Shown piece after piece: positions 1 to 8,912 of a stretch of 53,122 bases of DNA. Within the stretch, counting starts at the first letter, position 1, and each line of letters opens with the position of its first letter. This DNA is from a virus. The notes beneath the pieces were generated by a model. The model saw nothing but the letters and a program-made list of their open reading frames with translations. It was not told where the DNA came from and did not search any database. The stretch lies in the IMG/VR virus record IMGVR_UViG_3300017971_000065; one strand, given 5' to 3'. Position numbers and translations under genes: made by a program.

Positions 1-123
1 CATTGTCAGGATTGAAACCGACATTCTGAAAGTGACAAGAGAGAAAGAAGGTAAGGACGTTGTCGTGAACATCGACAGGATAAAGATTGACGATGGCCTA
101 TGTTCAAGACGTTTCAACCAACC
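1..123. repeat. Terminal direct repeat, copy 1 (identical to 53000-53122); signature of a circularly closed or terminally redundant genome
   Basis: Direct comparison: cattgtcaggattgaaaccg...gtttcaaccaacc is present at both window ends, 123/123 nt identical. Confidence 0.95.
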
Positions 124-583
124 AGACACGCTTGGAATGTCAGAACCGAAAGTTCCAAATCTGAATCTGAAGTCCAACTTCGAGATGACATGGGTAGATT
201 TCGGTGACGCTTTGAAGCGTTTCCAGAAAATATCAGACCATGTCAAGATTGCGTGCTTCGAGGAAGGCATTGAACTGTCAGTCGAGGGCGACATCGACGA
301 GTGCGTTGTCAAGAAGCCGAAAGACCTACTGGTATCATACGAGTTCGGCGGTGTCGAGGATGAAACAAGGAAAGACCATATCAGGTCATTGTACCCATTG
401 GACTACATGACCAGTCCATTCAAGTCATCAAAGATGTCTGGCATGAGTCCGTTGTTCAAGCACGAACGATGGCTCAACGTGTGCAAGTTCTCATTGAGTG
501 ATGACTATCCGATCAAGATTGAGGCCCAGAGGAACGGTGTCAGTATAACATATCTACTGGCCCCACGCATTGAGAGTGAATAA
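1..583 (+). CDS. pcn: PCNA sliding clamp (paralogue 1), C-terminal part; continuation of the CDS that starts at 52695
   Basis: The reading frame from ATG 52695 runs through the repeat into position 2 and is in phase with track ORF 32..583. Joined product is about 295 aa. C-terminus ...ITYLLAPRIESE and internal PKVPNLNL/ELSVEGD segments look like archaeal/eukaryotic PCNA. Confidence 0.85.
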   Translation, partial: IVRIETDILKVTREKEGKDVVVNIDRIKIDDGLCSRRFNQPDTLGMSEPKVPNLNLKSNFEMTWVDFGDALKRFQKISDHVKIACFEEGIELSVEGDIDECVVKKPKDLLVSYEFGGVEDETRKDHIRSLYPLDYMTSPFKSSKMSGMSPLFKHERWLNVCKFSLSDDYPIKIEAQRNGVSITYLLAPRIESE

Positions 584-584
584 A

Positions 585-728
585 ATGGCAGACAAGGTGA
601 TATTCAGGACAGGCGTTTATAGGTGTCCGAAGTGCAACCATGAATGGTTGTCACAAGAGAGGCCAGATAAATGTCCTAACTGTGGCTTCAAAGAGTCAGG
701 TGATAAACATGACAAGGCAAAAGTTTAG
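585..728 (+). CDS. Small zinc-ribbon protein (47 aa, below ORF-track cutoff)
   Basis: ATG 2 nt after the PCNA stop. MADKVIFRTGVYRCPKCNHEWLSQERPDKCPNCGF has two CPxC knuckles. Overlaps the next gene start by 20 nt. Confidence 0.45.
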   Translation: MADKVIFRTGVYRCPKCNHEWLSQERPDKCPNCGFKESGDKHDKAKV

Positions 729-1554
729 AGGGAACATCCTATACGAGCCATCTGGTCGGGCATTGGAAACGGCCAGGTTCGTATTCGGCGGTGTGAAACC
801 CATCATCGTGTGCAATCTGGCCAAGTCATGCTCTCATATGTGTTCATATTGTTACTGTCCAACCGTATTGAAAATGACGAAGGAACAGTTTCATAAGAAA
901 GTCGAACTCAAGAACAAGGTGCTTGAGAAGGTGGACAAGGACTTGGACAGGATAAAGTTGAGAGATGACTTCGACCCGAGATTCGTCTATCTGGGTTTCG
1001 TTGGCGATCCGTTCGTCAACGGAAGGCCAGACATTCAGGATATGACAACTCTTGTCATGGAGAGGTTGAGGCATGAGGGATACACGATATGCACTCTGAC
1101 CAAAGGCTCATACATGACGGACAAGATACACTATACACCAGTGATACCAGATTGGTACGGTATCTCACTAGTCAGTCTGGACGAAAAGTTCAGAAGGGAA
1201 CATGAACCGGGTGCGACAAAGTTCTCTGACAGGCTTGCAGGAGCTCAGGCAATGTCTGATGAAGGTGCAAGGCTCTGGGTTTCGATGGAACCTTATCCAA
1301 CACCCAATCTATCAGACCAGAACATCAACTACGTTCTCGAAATGATTGAAAGGGCGACCAATGGTGAGATTGAAAAGTTGATATTCGGCAGGTGGAACTA
1401 CGATACCAGAACAAGAGGGCAAGAGGCAGAGTTGTTCTATATAAAGACAGCAGAAACGGTTGTCGACTTCTGCAAGGAGAATGGTATCATAGTCAAGGTG
1501 AAAGACGACATCCTAAAGACAGTGGATGAAGGCGATCAACATAAACTTAGGTGA
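709..1554 (+). CDS. Radical SAM enzyme, SplB/COG1533-like (DNA repair photolyase-type family)
   Basis: CSHMCSYCYC is a CxxxCxxC radical SAM cluster motif in the C-H-x-C-x-YC(Y/F) form seen in SplB-like proteins. Start taken at internal ATG 709 (MTRQKF); track ORF starts at 640. Confidence 0.75.
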   Translation: MTRQKFRGNILYEPSGRALETARFVFGGVKPIIVCNLAKSCSHMCSYCYCPTVLKMTKEQFHKKVELKNKVLEKVDKDLDRIKLRDDFDPRFVYLGFVGDPFVNGRPDIQDMTTLVMERLRHEGYTICTLTKGSYMTDKIHYTPVIPDWYGISLVSLDEKFRREHEPGATKFSDRLAGAQAMSDEGARLWVSMEPYPTPNLSDQNINYVLEMIERATNGEIEKLIFGRWNYDTRTRGQEAELFYIKTAETVVDFCKENGIIVKVKDDILKTVDEGDQHKLR

Positions 1555-1558
1555 GAAT

Positions 1559-2224
1559 ATGAGTGAGACAATGAAATTGGATTTGAAACAATATATGCTT
1601 GAACACGTTTCCATCAAGGAGCTTGAAGGTTGCGGAGAGATAACGCAACGATTGGCACAGGTCATTCCAGAGAAATTCTGGATGCTTCGGCACATGAAAG
1701 ACAGCAGAAAGAGTATCATGTTGTTGACGTTGCCATTTGACGACCAGATAAGAGTTCTCTCTTATTATCTGCTGACAACGATGAAAGTGAGAAATGAACA
1801 GATTAAACTTCTGGATGGCAACGCCCAGTATATCGAACAGTGTGAGGGAGCGATAGCTGTCCTGAAGGAGATAATCTCTGACCAGAGTGAGATACTTCAG
1901 GGCGACGAGATGTGGGAGGAATGTCCACGATGTGGTGACAATAACAGGTTCATCAAAAATGGTTTCTGTATCTCATGCAATGCCTACATTGACGATGAGA
2001 TAGAGATTATCGGTGTTGACTTCGCCAAAGAAGGTACTGAGTCTTATTCTCCGTGTCCGAAGTGTGGTGAGGACAGGATAAGCAGGGGAACAGCGATATG
2101 GTGTCCACAGTGCGATACCACTGAGGATGAGGAGAGGAAACTGGACGACATGATCGAAATGCAGATTGAACAGAAACAAATAGAGGAACACGAGAAGGAT
2201 GAACATGGCAGTCAAGAAAGTTAA
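1559..2224 (+). CDS. Hypothetical protein with two zinc ribbons
   Basis: GGTGA Shine-Dalgarno 5 nt before ATG 1559. Contains CPRCG...CISCN and CPKCG...CPQCD. Confidence 0.65.
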   Translation: MSETMKLDLKQYMLEHVSIKELEGCGEITQRLAQVIPEKFWMLRHMKDSRKSIMLLTLPFDDQIRVLSYYLLTTMKVRNEQIKLLDGNAQYIEQCEGAIAVLKEIISDQSEILQGDEMWEECPRCGDNNRFIKNGFCISCNAYIDDEIEIIGVDFAKEGTESYSPCPKCGEDRISRGTAIWCPQCDTTEDEERKLDDMIEMQIEQKQIEEHEKDEHGSQES

Positions 2225-2609
2225 GCCGAAATACGAAATCAAGTTCTCGTTCTGCCCAATAGACAAGCACAAGGGAGAACTATGGGAGAAGTTGCAGGAC
2301 AGGGACTTGGACGAACCGTGTGAGATTATCGACATCGACCTGGAATACTCTGATAACATCCTGTTAGGGTGGTGGAGAAAAGACACATTTGATGACTTCA
2401 CAAAAGATGACATCAATCAACTCATAGCAAAGTTCAACAACGGACTTACCAATGTGCCAGGTATCCTCTTGACATTCGATCACATGGACGGAGAGTTCAC
2501 AACATTCAGGACTTGGTCAGCCAGAAAGGTACAATACTACATGATGTTACAGGACGATTGCGAAAAGCTGGCCATAAGAACGCCATTGAACCCAAAGAGC
2601 GTTGCATGA
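2199..2609 (+). CDS. Hypothetical protein (136 aa)
   Basis: Co-directional ORF overlapping its neighbours; no recognisable motif. Confidence 0.55.
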   Translation: MNMAVKKVKPKYEIKFSFCPIDKHKGELWEKLQDRDLDEPCEIIDIDLEYSDNILLGWWRKDTFDDFTKDDINQLIAKFNNGLTNVPGILLTFDHMDGEFTTFRTWSARKVQYYMMLQDDCEKLAIRTPLNPKSVA

Positions 2610-2755
2610 TGATGAGATGTCATATATGTGGTGAGGAAATCGATGTAAAATCTCTCGAAGCATATTTCGATGAGGTTCTTTACGCACACTTTGGACTGGT
2701 AATGACAAGCGAACAGGAATTAGATGAGGTAAAACATTCGAAGGTGATGAAATGA
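2606..2755 (+). CDS. Small hypothetical protein (49 aa)
   Basis: ATGA start/stop overlap with the upstream gene at 2606-2609; MMMRCHICGEE... Confidence 0.4.
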   Translation: MMMRCHICGEEIDVKSLEAYFDEVLYAHFGLVMTSEQELDEVKHSKVMK

Positions 2756-2982
2756 AATTGACATTGAGAGCAGGGCCGATATTCATAAAGACAGACAGTG
2801 TGATGTCAGCGATACTGATGATACCATTATTGCTCATTGGTTTCTACCTATTAAGCTGTCTGGCCCTTTATGCTTGGACAGAATTGACTGGAACTCTTGA
2901 ATTCTCATGGATAAATGCGTTATGGACAATGATTATATTGGGTATCGTGTATTCGATATTCCACCATGAGACAGGTGAGTAA
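2752..2982 (+). CDS. Small membrane protein (76 aa, two hydrophobic helices)
   Basis: ATGA overlap with the upstream gene. Hydrophobic stretches LMIPLLLIGFYLLSCLALYAW and LWTMIILGIVYSIF. Confidence 0.55.
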   Translation: MKLTLRAGPIFIKTDSVMSAILMIPLLLIGFYLLSCLALYAWTELTGTLEFSWINALWTMIILGIVYSIFHHETGE

Positions 2983-3687
2983 TTGCAGACAGTGATCGTG
3001 AACCCAGACAAGTTGAAACAACCAAGACGGCCTGGAAGCGGTAAGCGTAAGCAACCGTCAAGAAAGTCGGCAAAGCATGGATACAAGTACGAGTCCGAAA
3101 CATTGAAATCTCTGGAAAGACTTCAGTTGGACTATCCAGCGTTGTGGTACTATAAGATGGTAGATACTCACTCATACGACTGGATGAAATCAGTGTTGAG
3201 AGAACTTGAACAACTACTGGAACAGATGAATGACTTACCATACATAAGAAAACGGTTCCATGACAAACTGGCGAGGATTAAGGAGATACTCAACGTCCTT
3301 CAAAAGTTTGTCGTGCCAAAAGTTCCAGCAGACATATTCGTTCTTTACAACATGAGGGCTCTTGTCATAGAGTGCAAGAGTTCTCAACGAAAGGGAGGGT
3401 TCGTTCCCTTCGAACCGTATGTAAGTGAACATCAGATCGATGCCGGTCGTCAGATCGAGGGAGCTGGTGTTCCTTACTATTTTTTCATTTGTGATAGAGT
3501 ATATAAAGGAAAGAACAGGACGTTTATGATTAGATATCCAGACTTTATCAAGATGAGAAAATGGTGTGACCGTGAGAATAGGAGAACCATTCCATGGTCA
3601 CGCATGGAAAAATATGCAGAAGCGATTCTGCCAAAACAGAAAGGTCAAGTATTCGACTTACAGCCGATAATGAAACATCTGGAATGA
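2983..3687 (+). CDS. PD-(D/E)XK nuclease, Holliday-junction resolvase (Hjc)/VRR-NUC-like, with basic N-terminal tail
   Basis: HGYKYE...PADIFVL...LVIECKSS matches the E...D...ExK nuclease core. Start codon uncertain (TTG 2983 or GTG 2992). Confidence 0.55.
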   Translation: MQTVIVNPDKLKQPRRPGSGKRKQPSRKSAKHGYKYESETLKSLERLQLDYPALWYYKMVDTHSYDWMKSVLRELEQLLEQMNDLPYIRKRFHDKLARIKEILNVLQKFVVPKVPADIFVLYNMRALVIECKSSQRKGGFVPFEPYVSEHQIDAGRQIEGAGVPYYFFICDRVYKGKNRTFMIRYPDFIKMRKWCDRENRRTIPWSRMEKYAEAILPKQKGQVFDLQPIMKHLE

Positions 3688-3762
3688 CAGGAAATCGTAT
3701 AGGTCAAGAAGAACTTGGGCTAGTTGTTAGAGTGCAACCCATCCCTTCTTATGGCTGGCACT

Positions 3763-3772
3763 TTTTTAAATT
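3763..3772 (+). promoter_or_regulatory. TATA-box-like element upstream of PCNA paralogue 2
   Basis: TTTTTAAATT about 60 nt upstream of ATG 3828, in a 140-nt gap with no convincing ORF. Confidence 0.3.
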
Positions 3773-3827
3773 GGCCTATGCGACCTGAATTCACAGCGAT
3801 ATAATGTCGTTGTGAGGAGCTGATGTT

Positions 3828-4622
3828 ATGGCTAAAAAGACAAAGACGCAGAAAAAGATTGAGGCCGAGATGAAACCTGGCAAGGTGTCATTCAAGACAA
3901 CTTGCGGTCAGTTGAAAGCATTGACATCTCTCACAATGATCATCACAAAGAAAGCGGTGCTCGAATTCACACCGTCTGGACTTGAGGTGAGTGTTGTAGA
4001 TGAGAAGGTAACTCATGCTGGACACATCACCCTTACTGCCGAAGGAATGGAAGGTTACGGACTCGGAAAGAACAAGACCGAATTCCTTTGTGGTATCGAT
4101 TTGAAACATCTGCATGAATTTCTCGGCAATCTCAATGTGAAAGATGAGGTAGAGTGTGACTTCGACGAGGAAAAGATGAGGGCAACATTCAAGTCTGGCA
4201 ACCTGTCCAGAACGGTAGAACTGTTGTTCTCATACGATGACTGGAAAACATGGAGAAAGACCGACCTGAAAATACAGTATCAACACGAGTTCAAGGACAT
4301 CGACAGCAAGGACATACTGATCGGTATGAAGGGAGTCGAGGATGTCAATGATGACGAGGTCATCTTTGAGTCAAACAAGAGTGGCTTCTTGATAATGGCA
4401 GAGGATAGCGGTGACGACATCGAAGTTCCTTTCGGAAAGAAGGGAAAGACAAAGCGGATCAAGTCGAAGTTCAGAGTCGGCCCAGTCAAGGCGATTGTGA
4501 AAGAGATGAACGGAAAAGTGACAGTATCGATGGGCGAACACATCCCAATCGAGTTCTCATGGTTTCCAGCAGAGAACATGGGTGCAACCTTCATGGTGGC
4601 CCCATTGACAAAGGGTGATTGA
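3828..4622 (+). CDS. pcn: PCNA-like sliding clamp (paralogue 2, divergent)
   Basis: 264 aa, the typical PCNA length. GAGGAGC SD upstream. Two-domain pattern, and the C-terminus ATFMVAPLTKGD parallels the LAPRIE end of paralogue 1. Confidence 0.7.
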   Translation: MAKKTKTQKKIEAEMKPGKVSFKTTCGQLKALTSLTMIITKKAVLEFTPSGLEVSVVDEKVTHAGHITLTAEGMEGYGLGKNKTEFLCGIDLKHLHEFLGNLNVKDEVECDFDEEKMRATFKSGNLSRTVELLFSYDDWKTWRKTDLKIQYQHEFKDIDSKDILIGMKGVEDVNDDEVIFESNKSGFLIMAEDSGDDIEVPFGKKGKTKRIKSKFRVGPVKAIVKEMNGKVTVSMGEHIPIEFSWFPAENMGATFMVAPLTKGD

Positions 4623-4624
4623 AT

Positions 4625-4765
4625 ATGGAACATATTATTGTAAAAGTAAAACTGGCAGATTGGCAAGTGGAGAAACTAAAAAATGGCGGTTGTACAGTAA
4701 TTGAGCAACGAGATATAATCGAGCAATCACAACCCAGTAAAGCCAAGAAGGAGGAGAGCGCATGA
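4625..4765 (+). CDS. Small hypothetical protein (46 aa, below ORF-track cutoff)
   Basis: ATG 3 nt after the PCNA-2 stop; MEHIIVKVKLADWQVEKLKNGG... Confidence 0.35.
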   Translation: MEHIIVKVKLADWQVEKLKNGGCTVIEQRDIIEQSQPSKAKKEESA

Positions 4766-4781
4766 TTTCGGATGGGGGTGA

Positions 4782-5099
4782 TTGAAAGTGCCCAGTATGT
4801 CTGAATTTGTGGTAGTTGAATGTCCGAAACACGGGATGGAATTTCCAGAAAAAGAATGCTTTGCTTGTGAGGAATATAACCACACGCTGAAATCATGTGG
4901 GTATAATAAATCACCCAAGGAAGGTGTCAGAATGATAAAGAGACGTTTCCAATGCGAGTCCAGAACTTGCAGATTGGACATGAACGATGACAGTTTTCAT
5001 GGATGTGTTGTTGAAGTCCCAGAGAACCATGTGGCAATACCAATAGTCTGTCCATTGTACGAGGGAAAGGTCATTCAAACATTTGTGGAGCTGAAGTGA
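4782..5099 (+). CDS. Cys-rich hypothetical protein
   Basis: GGGGGTGAT SD at 4772-4780 favours a GTG 4788 or ATG 4797 start; contains CPKHG...CFACEE. Confidence 0.55.
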   Translation: MKVPSMSEFVVVECPKHGMEFPEKECFACEEYNHTLKSCGYNKSPKEGVRMIKRRFQCESRTCRLDMNDDSFHGCVVEVPENHVAIPIVCPLYEGKVIQTFVELK

Positions 5100-5305
5100 T
5101 GACATCAGAGCCACAGGAATTCATCAGGCCACAAAGGAAGGGACGAATGACAGGCGTTGATATCCAAATAGACGGTGAGACTTGGACAGACACTCTACGA
5201 AAGGCAGAAATTCCTTTGGACACTCCTCTCGATGAACTTCGTATCAAACGGTATCCGTGTAAGGGTGGCAGAATAATCCTCAAGGTCAAAAGGATACAAG
5301 CGTAG
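5096..5305 (+). CDS. Hypothetical protein (69 aa)
   Basis: GTGATG-type overlap with the upstream stop; co-directional. Confidence 0.5.
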   Translation: MMTSEPQEFIRPQRKGRMTGVDIQIDGETWTDTLRKAEIPLDTPLDELRIKRYPCKGGRIILKVKRIQA

Positions 5306-5360
5306 GCGTGAGCAGAGAAGCGCGTAGGAAGGCATATAAGAACGATTTTGTATAGGAGAC

Positions 5361-5600
5361 ATGATTATGAACGGTGAGAACATGAATGATGACGCATTCA
5401 AGATGACTATAATATTATCGAGAGAGAAGTGTTTGCCAGTCAGCTTGATACTGAAAGAGAAGTGTGACATCGAGAACATAATGATAGAGGAAGTGAAAGG
5501 CAAGAAAATTTGTGATCGATGTGGTGGCTCTGGCAATGAACTCTTGAGACATTATAAAAAATGTGAGAATTGTTCAGGGACAGGAATGGTGAGCAAATGA
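5361..5600 (+). CDS. Small protein with DnaJ-type CxxCxGxG zinc finger
   Basis: CDRCGGSG...CENCSGTG; GGAG SD upstream. Confidence 0.55.
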   Translation: MIMNGENMNDDAFKMTIILSREKCLPVSLILKEKCDIENIMIEEVKGKKICDRCGGSGNELLRHYKKCENCSGTGMVSK

Positions 5601-5896
5601 CGATATGTCCAGAATGTCTTGATGGACGGGACAACTACGGAAAGAAAGGCTATTGTGAGATATGCAACAAGCGGATAACGAGAAAGATGAGGGTGAGGCC
5701 ACCTCTGTTCGGCAGATTCCACAAGCACAAGTGGGAACTCATAGCCTCTGGCAATATCAAGACACCTCAAGGCCATTTCACTATCGGCCTGTTCAAATGT
5801 AAAAAATGTCAGGCGAGGGATTGGAACTTGACCGGGTTCATAGAACAGGTAGAGAACTTCGAGAGGGCCCACAGCATAGCACAGAGCAAACGATAG
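5597..5896 (+). CDS. Zinc-ribbon protein (99 aa)
   Basis: ATGA overlap at 5597-5600; MTICPECLDG...CEICNK...CKKCQ. Confidence 0.55.
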   Translation: MTICPECLDGRDNYGKKGYCEICNKRITRKMRVRPPLFGRFHKHKWELIASGNIKTPQGHFTIGLFKCKKCQARDWNLTGFIEQVENFERAHSIAQSKR

Positions 5897-5971
5897 GGCT
5901 TTATCTCGGAACGAGACAGACTCTTGAACCTTTTCAGAAAACCCCTATCAGAAACACCCTTTAAGGCACTT

Positions 5972-7030
5972 TTACGACGATGAGGGCAATAGGAGGGCAA
6001 CCTCTGTTCCGAAAACAGGAATGTCTTTCTCTATTCTGGTCGATATAGAAAATCCCTTTCCAAACCGTATGTCAATGTCTTGGGCTCTATGGAGTCCAGA
6101 CACTATATTTTTTGAATTTTGGATTTCGACAATCGTGAGGCCAGGTACAGCGTCTATCATTTCAAGAGCCGTAATCTCCGTATTGATTGTTTTGAACTTG
6201 TTCTCCTCAACTTCTACTCTGGCTTTCTCATAACATTCGGCTGCACTCAACAGAGAGTCATCATAGATCGGATTGCCAGCAAATGTCCCATCGACAGCCA
6301 TTCTATGTGCTGAAGTGTATGTGGCTCTGACACCATCTTTACCAATGACAGTCTGCTTATTGATCACACCATAGGTCTTTGCCTTCGGTTCTCCTTTTAT
6401 GAGATTGTCACCACCAGTCAGAGTGAACCATGAATTTGCCTCTACAAGTTCAGGTTCTTTTCTGAAGAACAGCTTGTCGCCTTCCTCATAGAGAAAGTAG
6501 TACAACGGCCTCTTACCAAACTCTGAATCGTCATAAGCCATATCACGAAGTTGCTTTATGGCTGAATAGACAATTATTCCACGACCATATCTGAAATCAT
6601 CTGGTACAAAAACAGATGGATTTGTTCCATTGAATCGTGTAGTGAATGAGATGTCAAGATTGTCGATAAGTGAATATATGGCCTGTGAGACTTCAAGACC
6701 ATCCAGATTACTGTATTCATCTATTATGACAGAGTCCTTATTAGCTGAATAGAGCCGACCATGAAGTGCCAGTTGTTTTGTCCTCTCTCCCAATTCAGAT
6801 GTCACGAAACCAGTGAATGTTGGCTTGTCTGGAAGTTCATCAAGCCCGAGATAAATCTTTATGACATCGAGAGATGAGAAGTACTCGAACAATCGGCCAT
6901 TTGGATTTGGATAGACTAGTGAAGCTGTCCAGATTTCTCTCTGTTTCTTTATGGTTCCAGAGTTAGGGTTATCGAAGCCACTATCATTCACGGTGACTTC
7001 GATCTTGGGTTTTCTCAATAATCGTACCAT
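5972..7030 (-). CDS. Putative tail tip / baseplate hub protein (last gene of the tail module)
   Basis: 352 aa, second gene downstream of the tape measure; assignment by position only. Confidence 0.45.
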   Translation of the reverse strand: MVRLLRKPKIEVTVNDSGFDNPNSGTIKKQREIWTASLVYPNPNGRLFEYFSSLDVIKIYLGLDELPDKPTFTGFVTSELGERTKQLALHGRLYSANKDSVIIDEYSNLDGLEVSQAIYSLIDNLDISFTTRFNGTNPSVFVPDDFRYGRGIIVYSAIKQLRDMAYDDSEFGKRPLYYFLYEEGDKLFFRKEPELVEANSWFTLTGGDNLIKGEPKAKTYGVINKQTVIGKDGVRATYTSAHRMAVDGTFAGNPIYDDSLLSAAECYEKARVEVEENKFKTINTEITALEMIDAVPGLTIVEIQNSKNIVSGLHRAQDIDIRFGKGFSISTRIEKDIPVFGTEVALLLPSSS

Positions 7031-7039
7031 GTGAACACC

Positions 7040-8911
7040 TCACACTTCCGACCTCTCGAACACCCTGAACCCAAACGACCAAGTCACATAGTTTCTCGTT
7101 GTCTGTGTAATGCGATATCCAGTAATCCTTCCATCAAGCCTAACGGTTATCCCATCCTTCTCGTCAATGATCTCAATTCTTGTGTATTCCTGAGTTTCCT
7201 GACGTTCTCTTATCTTGTCGATATCGTCTTTGAAGTCCTGTCTGGCAGATAGTCCATTGATTGTATAGACTCTGTTTCTTATTGCATATGGTAGGTCAAT
7301 CTCTCCAACACCGTCCATGATTGATAGTTCTTCAGCGTCGGAAGCCCTGCTCTCCTCTCTCATGCTAACAGTGGTGTTCGGCCCGAACTCCAAGAGCGTT
7401 GGATCTCCGCTTATGACTGTGACATCTTCTCCTTCTCCAACGCCCTGCGTATATGTCTCACCAGTATCGGTGAATATTCTCAACCTGATTTCCTGACTTG
7501 AAGTTGGAACGACATCGAATACAGGCCCCTCGTCAATATGCCATGAACCATTCACATAGTAGTCATACTGGCTTATCAAAGCATCGGAGGCCACTGGTTG
7601 AGATTTCGCTCCAATACATCTTACACTCTCACCAGATACAACTTCAAGAGGTCTGACGATTAGAATTGCCTCTGGCGTTGTATCATCCACCGTCTTTGTA
7701 CAGACAGTATCGAGGTCTGACCAGTAACCATCGGAACTTTCAAGTCTGCCTTTTATGACTTTGGCCCCTGTTTCAGAATATCTGTGATATATTGTGAACG
7801 ATGTCTTTTCAATATCGCTCTCTATCCAGTATCCATCAACTGCGTCACCCCATTCTACATAGGCTCTCTTGCATGGAATTGTTGAGTTCAATGTTATCGA
7901 TACCAGTTCTCCGACATCAACATTCTCAGTTGCTTCTGAATGTGTGCAATCTGGTCTTATGAATGTGACAACACCTGAATATGTGGCATCATCACCAGTA
8001 TTCTCATTGTCCTCTGCCGTCACCATGTAGTAGTAGTTCTGATTTTCGGACAGAGCAGATGTGTCAATGTAGAAGTTTGTGGACGGGTCTGTTATCGTTG
8101 CTATCAGCGTGGCACTACTCGGAACTGTAAATGGTGTTGTCTTACGATAGACTTTGTAAGCTGTAAAGCCAGCATCACTAACCTTTCCCCAATCGAGTCT
8201 TGGTTGTTCTGGATTGTCTGGATTTGGTTTGATCGTCAGGAACGAGTCCTCATCTATGAACGCTTCCGGTGGATAGTCACGATAGATGATACGAAGTACT
8301 GGACGATATGATGGTGTAGCATTTTCTCTCGAACTGAATGATACGCCTTTGTTCTGAAGGTCAACGAGGTTACGAAGATAGAACGACTTCTTCTGTCCGA
8401 ACCCGAGAACCTTCGTCAAGTCAAACTCGACCCATGAACCTATCGTTGGCCCTGCCTGAACGGACTCGATGGCGACAGCGTCCTCGGCTGCAAGAGAGTC
8501 GTGATCTGTGGAATTAGCCCAGATAAGAGCATCATCTCTCTTGTCCCAGTTACAGTATCCAGCACCACCAGTTTGTGTTCCTTCTTGCCACAAAGAGTCA
8601 TCTTCCGACAGAGGAAATATACCAACACCAGTCGGCGTAGCACTTCCTGCTGTCTGAACTCTCAATCTCAATAGGATTTGCTGGATTTCATCTGCTTCTG
8701 GCAAGTCTCTGGAATATGGCATCGTGACTTCTATAATCGCCATCTCTCTGGAATACGGATCTGTGTCATACTCATTTACAGCCAGGAGAGAACTGTGACC
8801 ATAGTTAGATGTTCTCATATCTTTATTTACCCACGAATCCTTTGATACACCGATCAGGTCAGAGTCGTAGTCCTGATAATCAACAGTCACAAGCTTGAAT
8901 TTATATGCCAT
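7040..8911 (-). CDS. Distal tail protein with FN3/Ig-like domains
   Basis: ATG 8911 lies 2 nt after the tape-measure stop. The segment DWGKVSDAGFTAYKVYRKT...YYYMVTAEDNEN looks like fibronectin type III. Confidence 0.55.
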   Translation of the reverse strand: MAYKFKLVTVDYQDYDSDLIGVSKDSWVNKDMRTSNYGHSSLLAVNEYDTDPYSREMAIIEVTMPYSRDLPEADEIQQILLRLRVQTAGSATPTGVGIFPLSEDDSLWQEGTQTGGAGYCNWDKRDDALIWANSTDHDSLAAEDAVAIESVQAGPTIGSWVEFDLTKVLGFGQKKSFYLRNLVDLQNKGVSFSSRENATPSYRPVLRIIYRDYPPEAFIDEDSFLTIKPNPDNPEQPRLDWGKVSDAGFTAYKVYRKTTPFTVPSSATLIATITDPSTNFYIDTSALSENQNYYYMVTAEDNENTGDDATYSGVVTFIRPDCTHSEATENVDVGELVSITLNSTIPCKRAYVEWGDAVDGYWIESDIEKTSFTIYHRYSETGAKVIKGRLESSDGYWSDLDTVCTKTVDDTTPEAILIVRPLEVVSGESVRCIGAKSQPVASDALISQYDYYVNGSWHIDEGPVFDVVPTSSQEIRLRIFTDTGETYTQGVGEGEDVTVISGDPTLLEFGPNTTVSMREESRASDAEELSIMDGVGEIDLPYAIRNRVYTINGLSARQDFKDDIDKIRERQETQEYTRIEIIDEKDGITVRLDGRITGYRITQTTRNYVTWSFGFRVFERSEV

Positions 8912-8912
8912 C

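Noticed and set aside
1973-2416. Antisense ORFs listed in the track inside coding regions. Examples: 1973..2416(-), 4280..4666(-), 9078..9434(+), 9457..9828(+), 15893..16327(+), 22743..23291(+), 25398..25760(+), 26436..26822(+), 36463..36858(-), 39974..40501(-), 45255..45752(-), 46311..46769(-), 48420..48887(-), 51662..52018(-).
   Set aside because: Each lies opposite a longer ORF that has a recognisable domain, a Shine-Dalgarno sequence and operon context. Their translations are low-complexity or Ser/Leu/Cys-rich in the way typical of antisense frames, and none has an SD-like start context.
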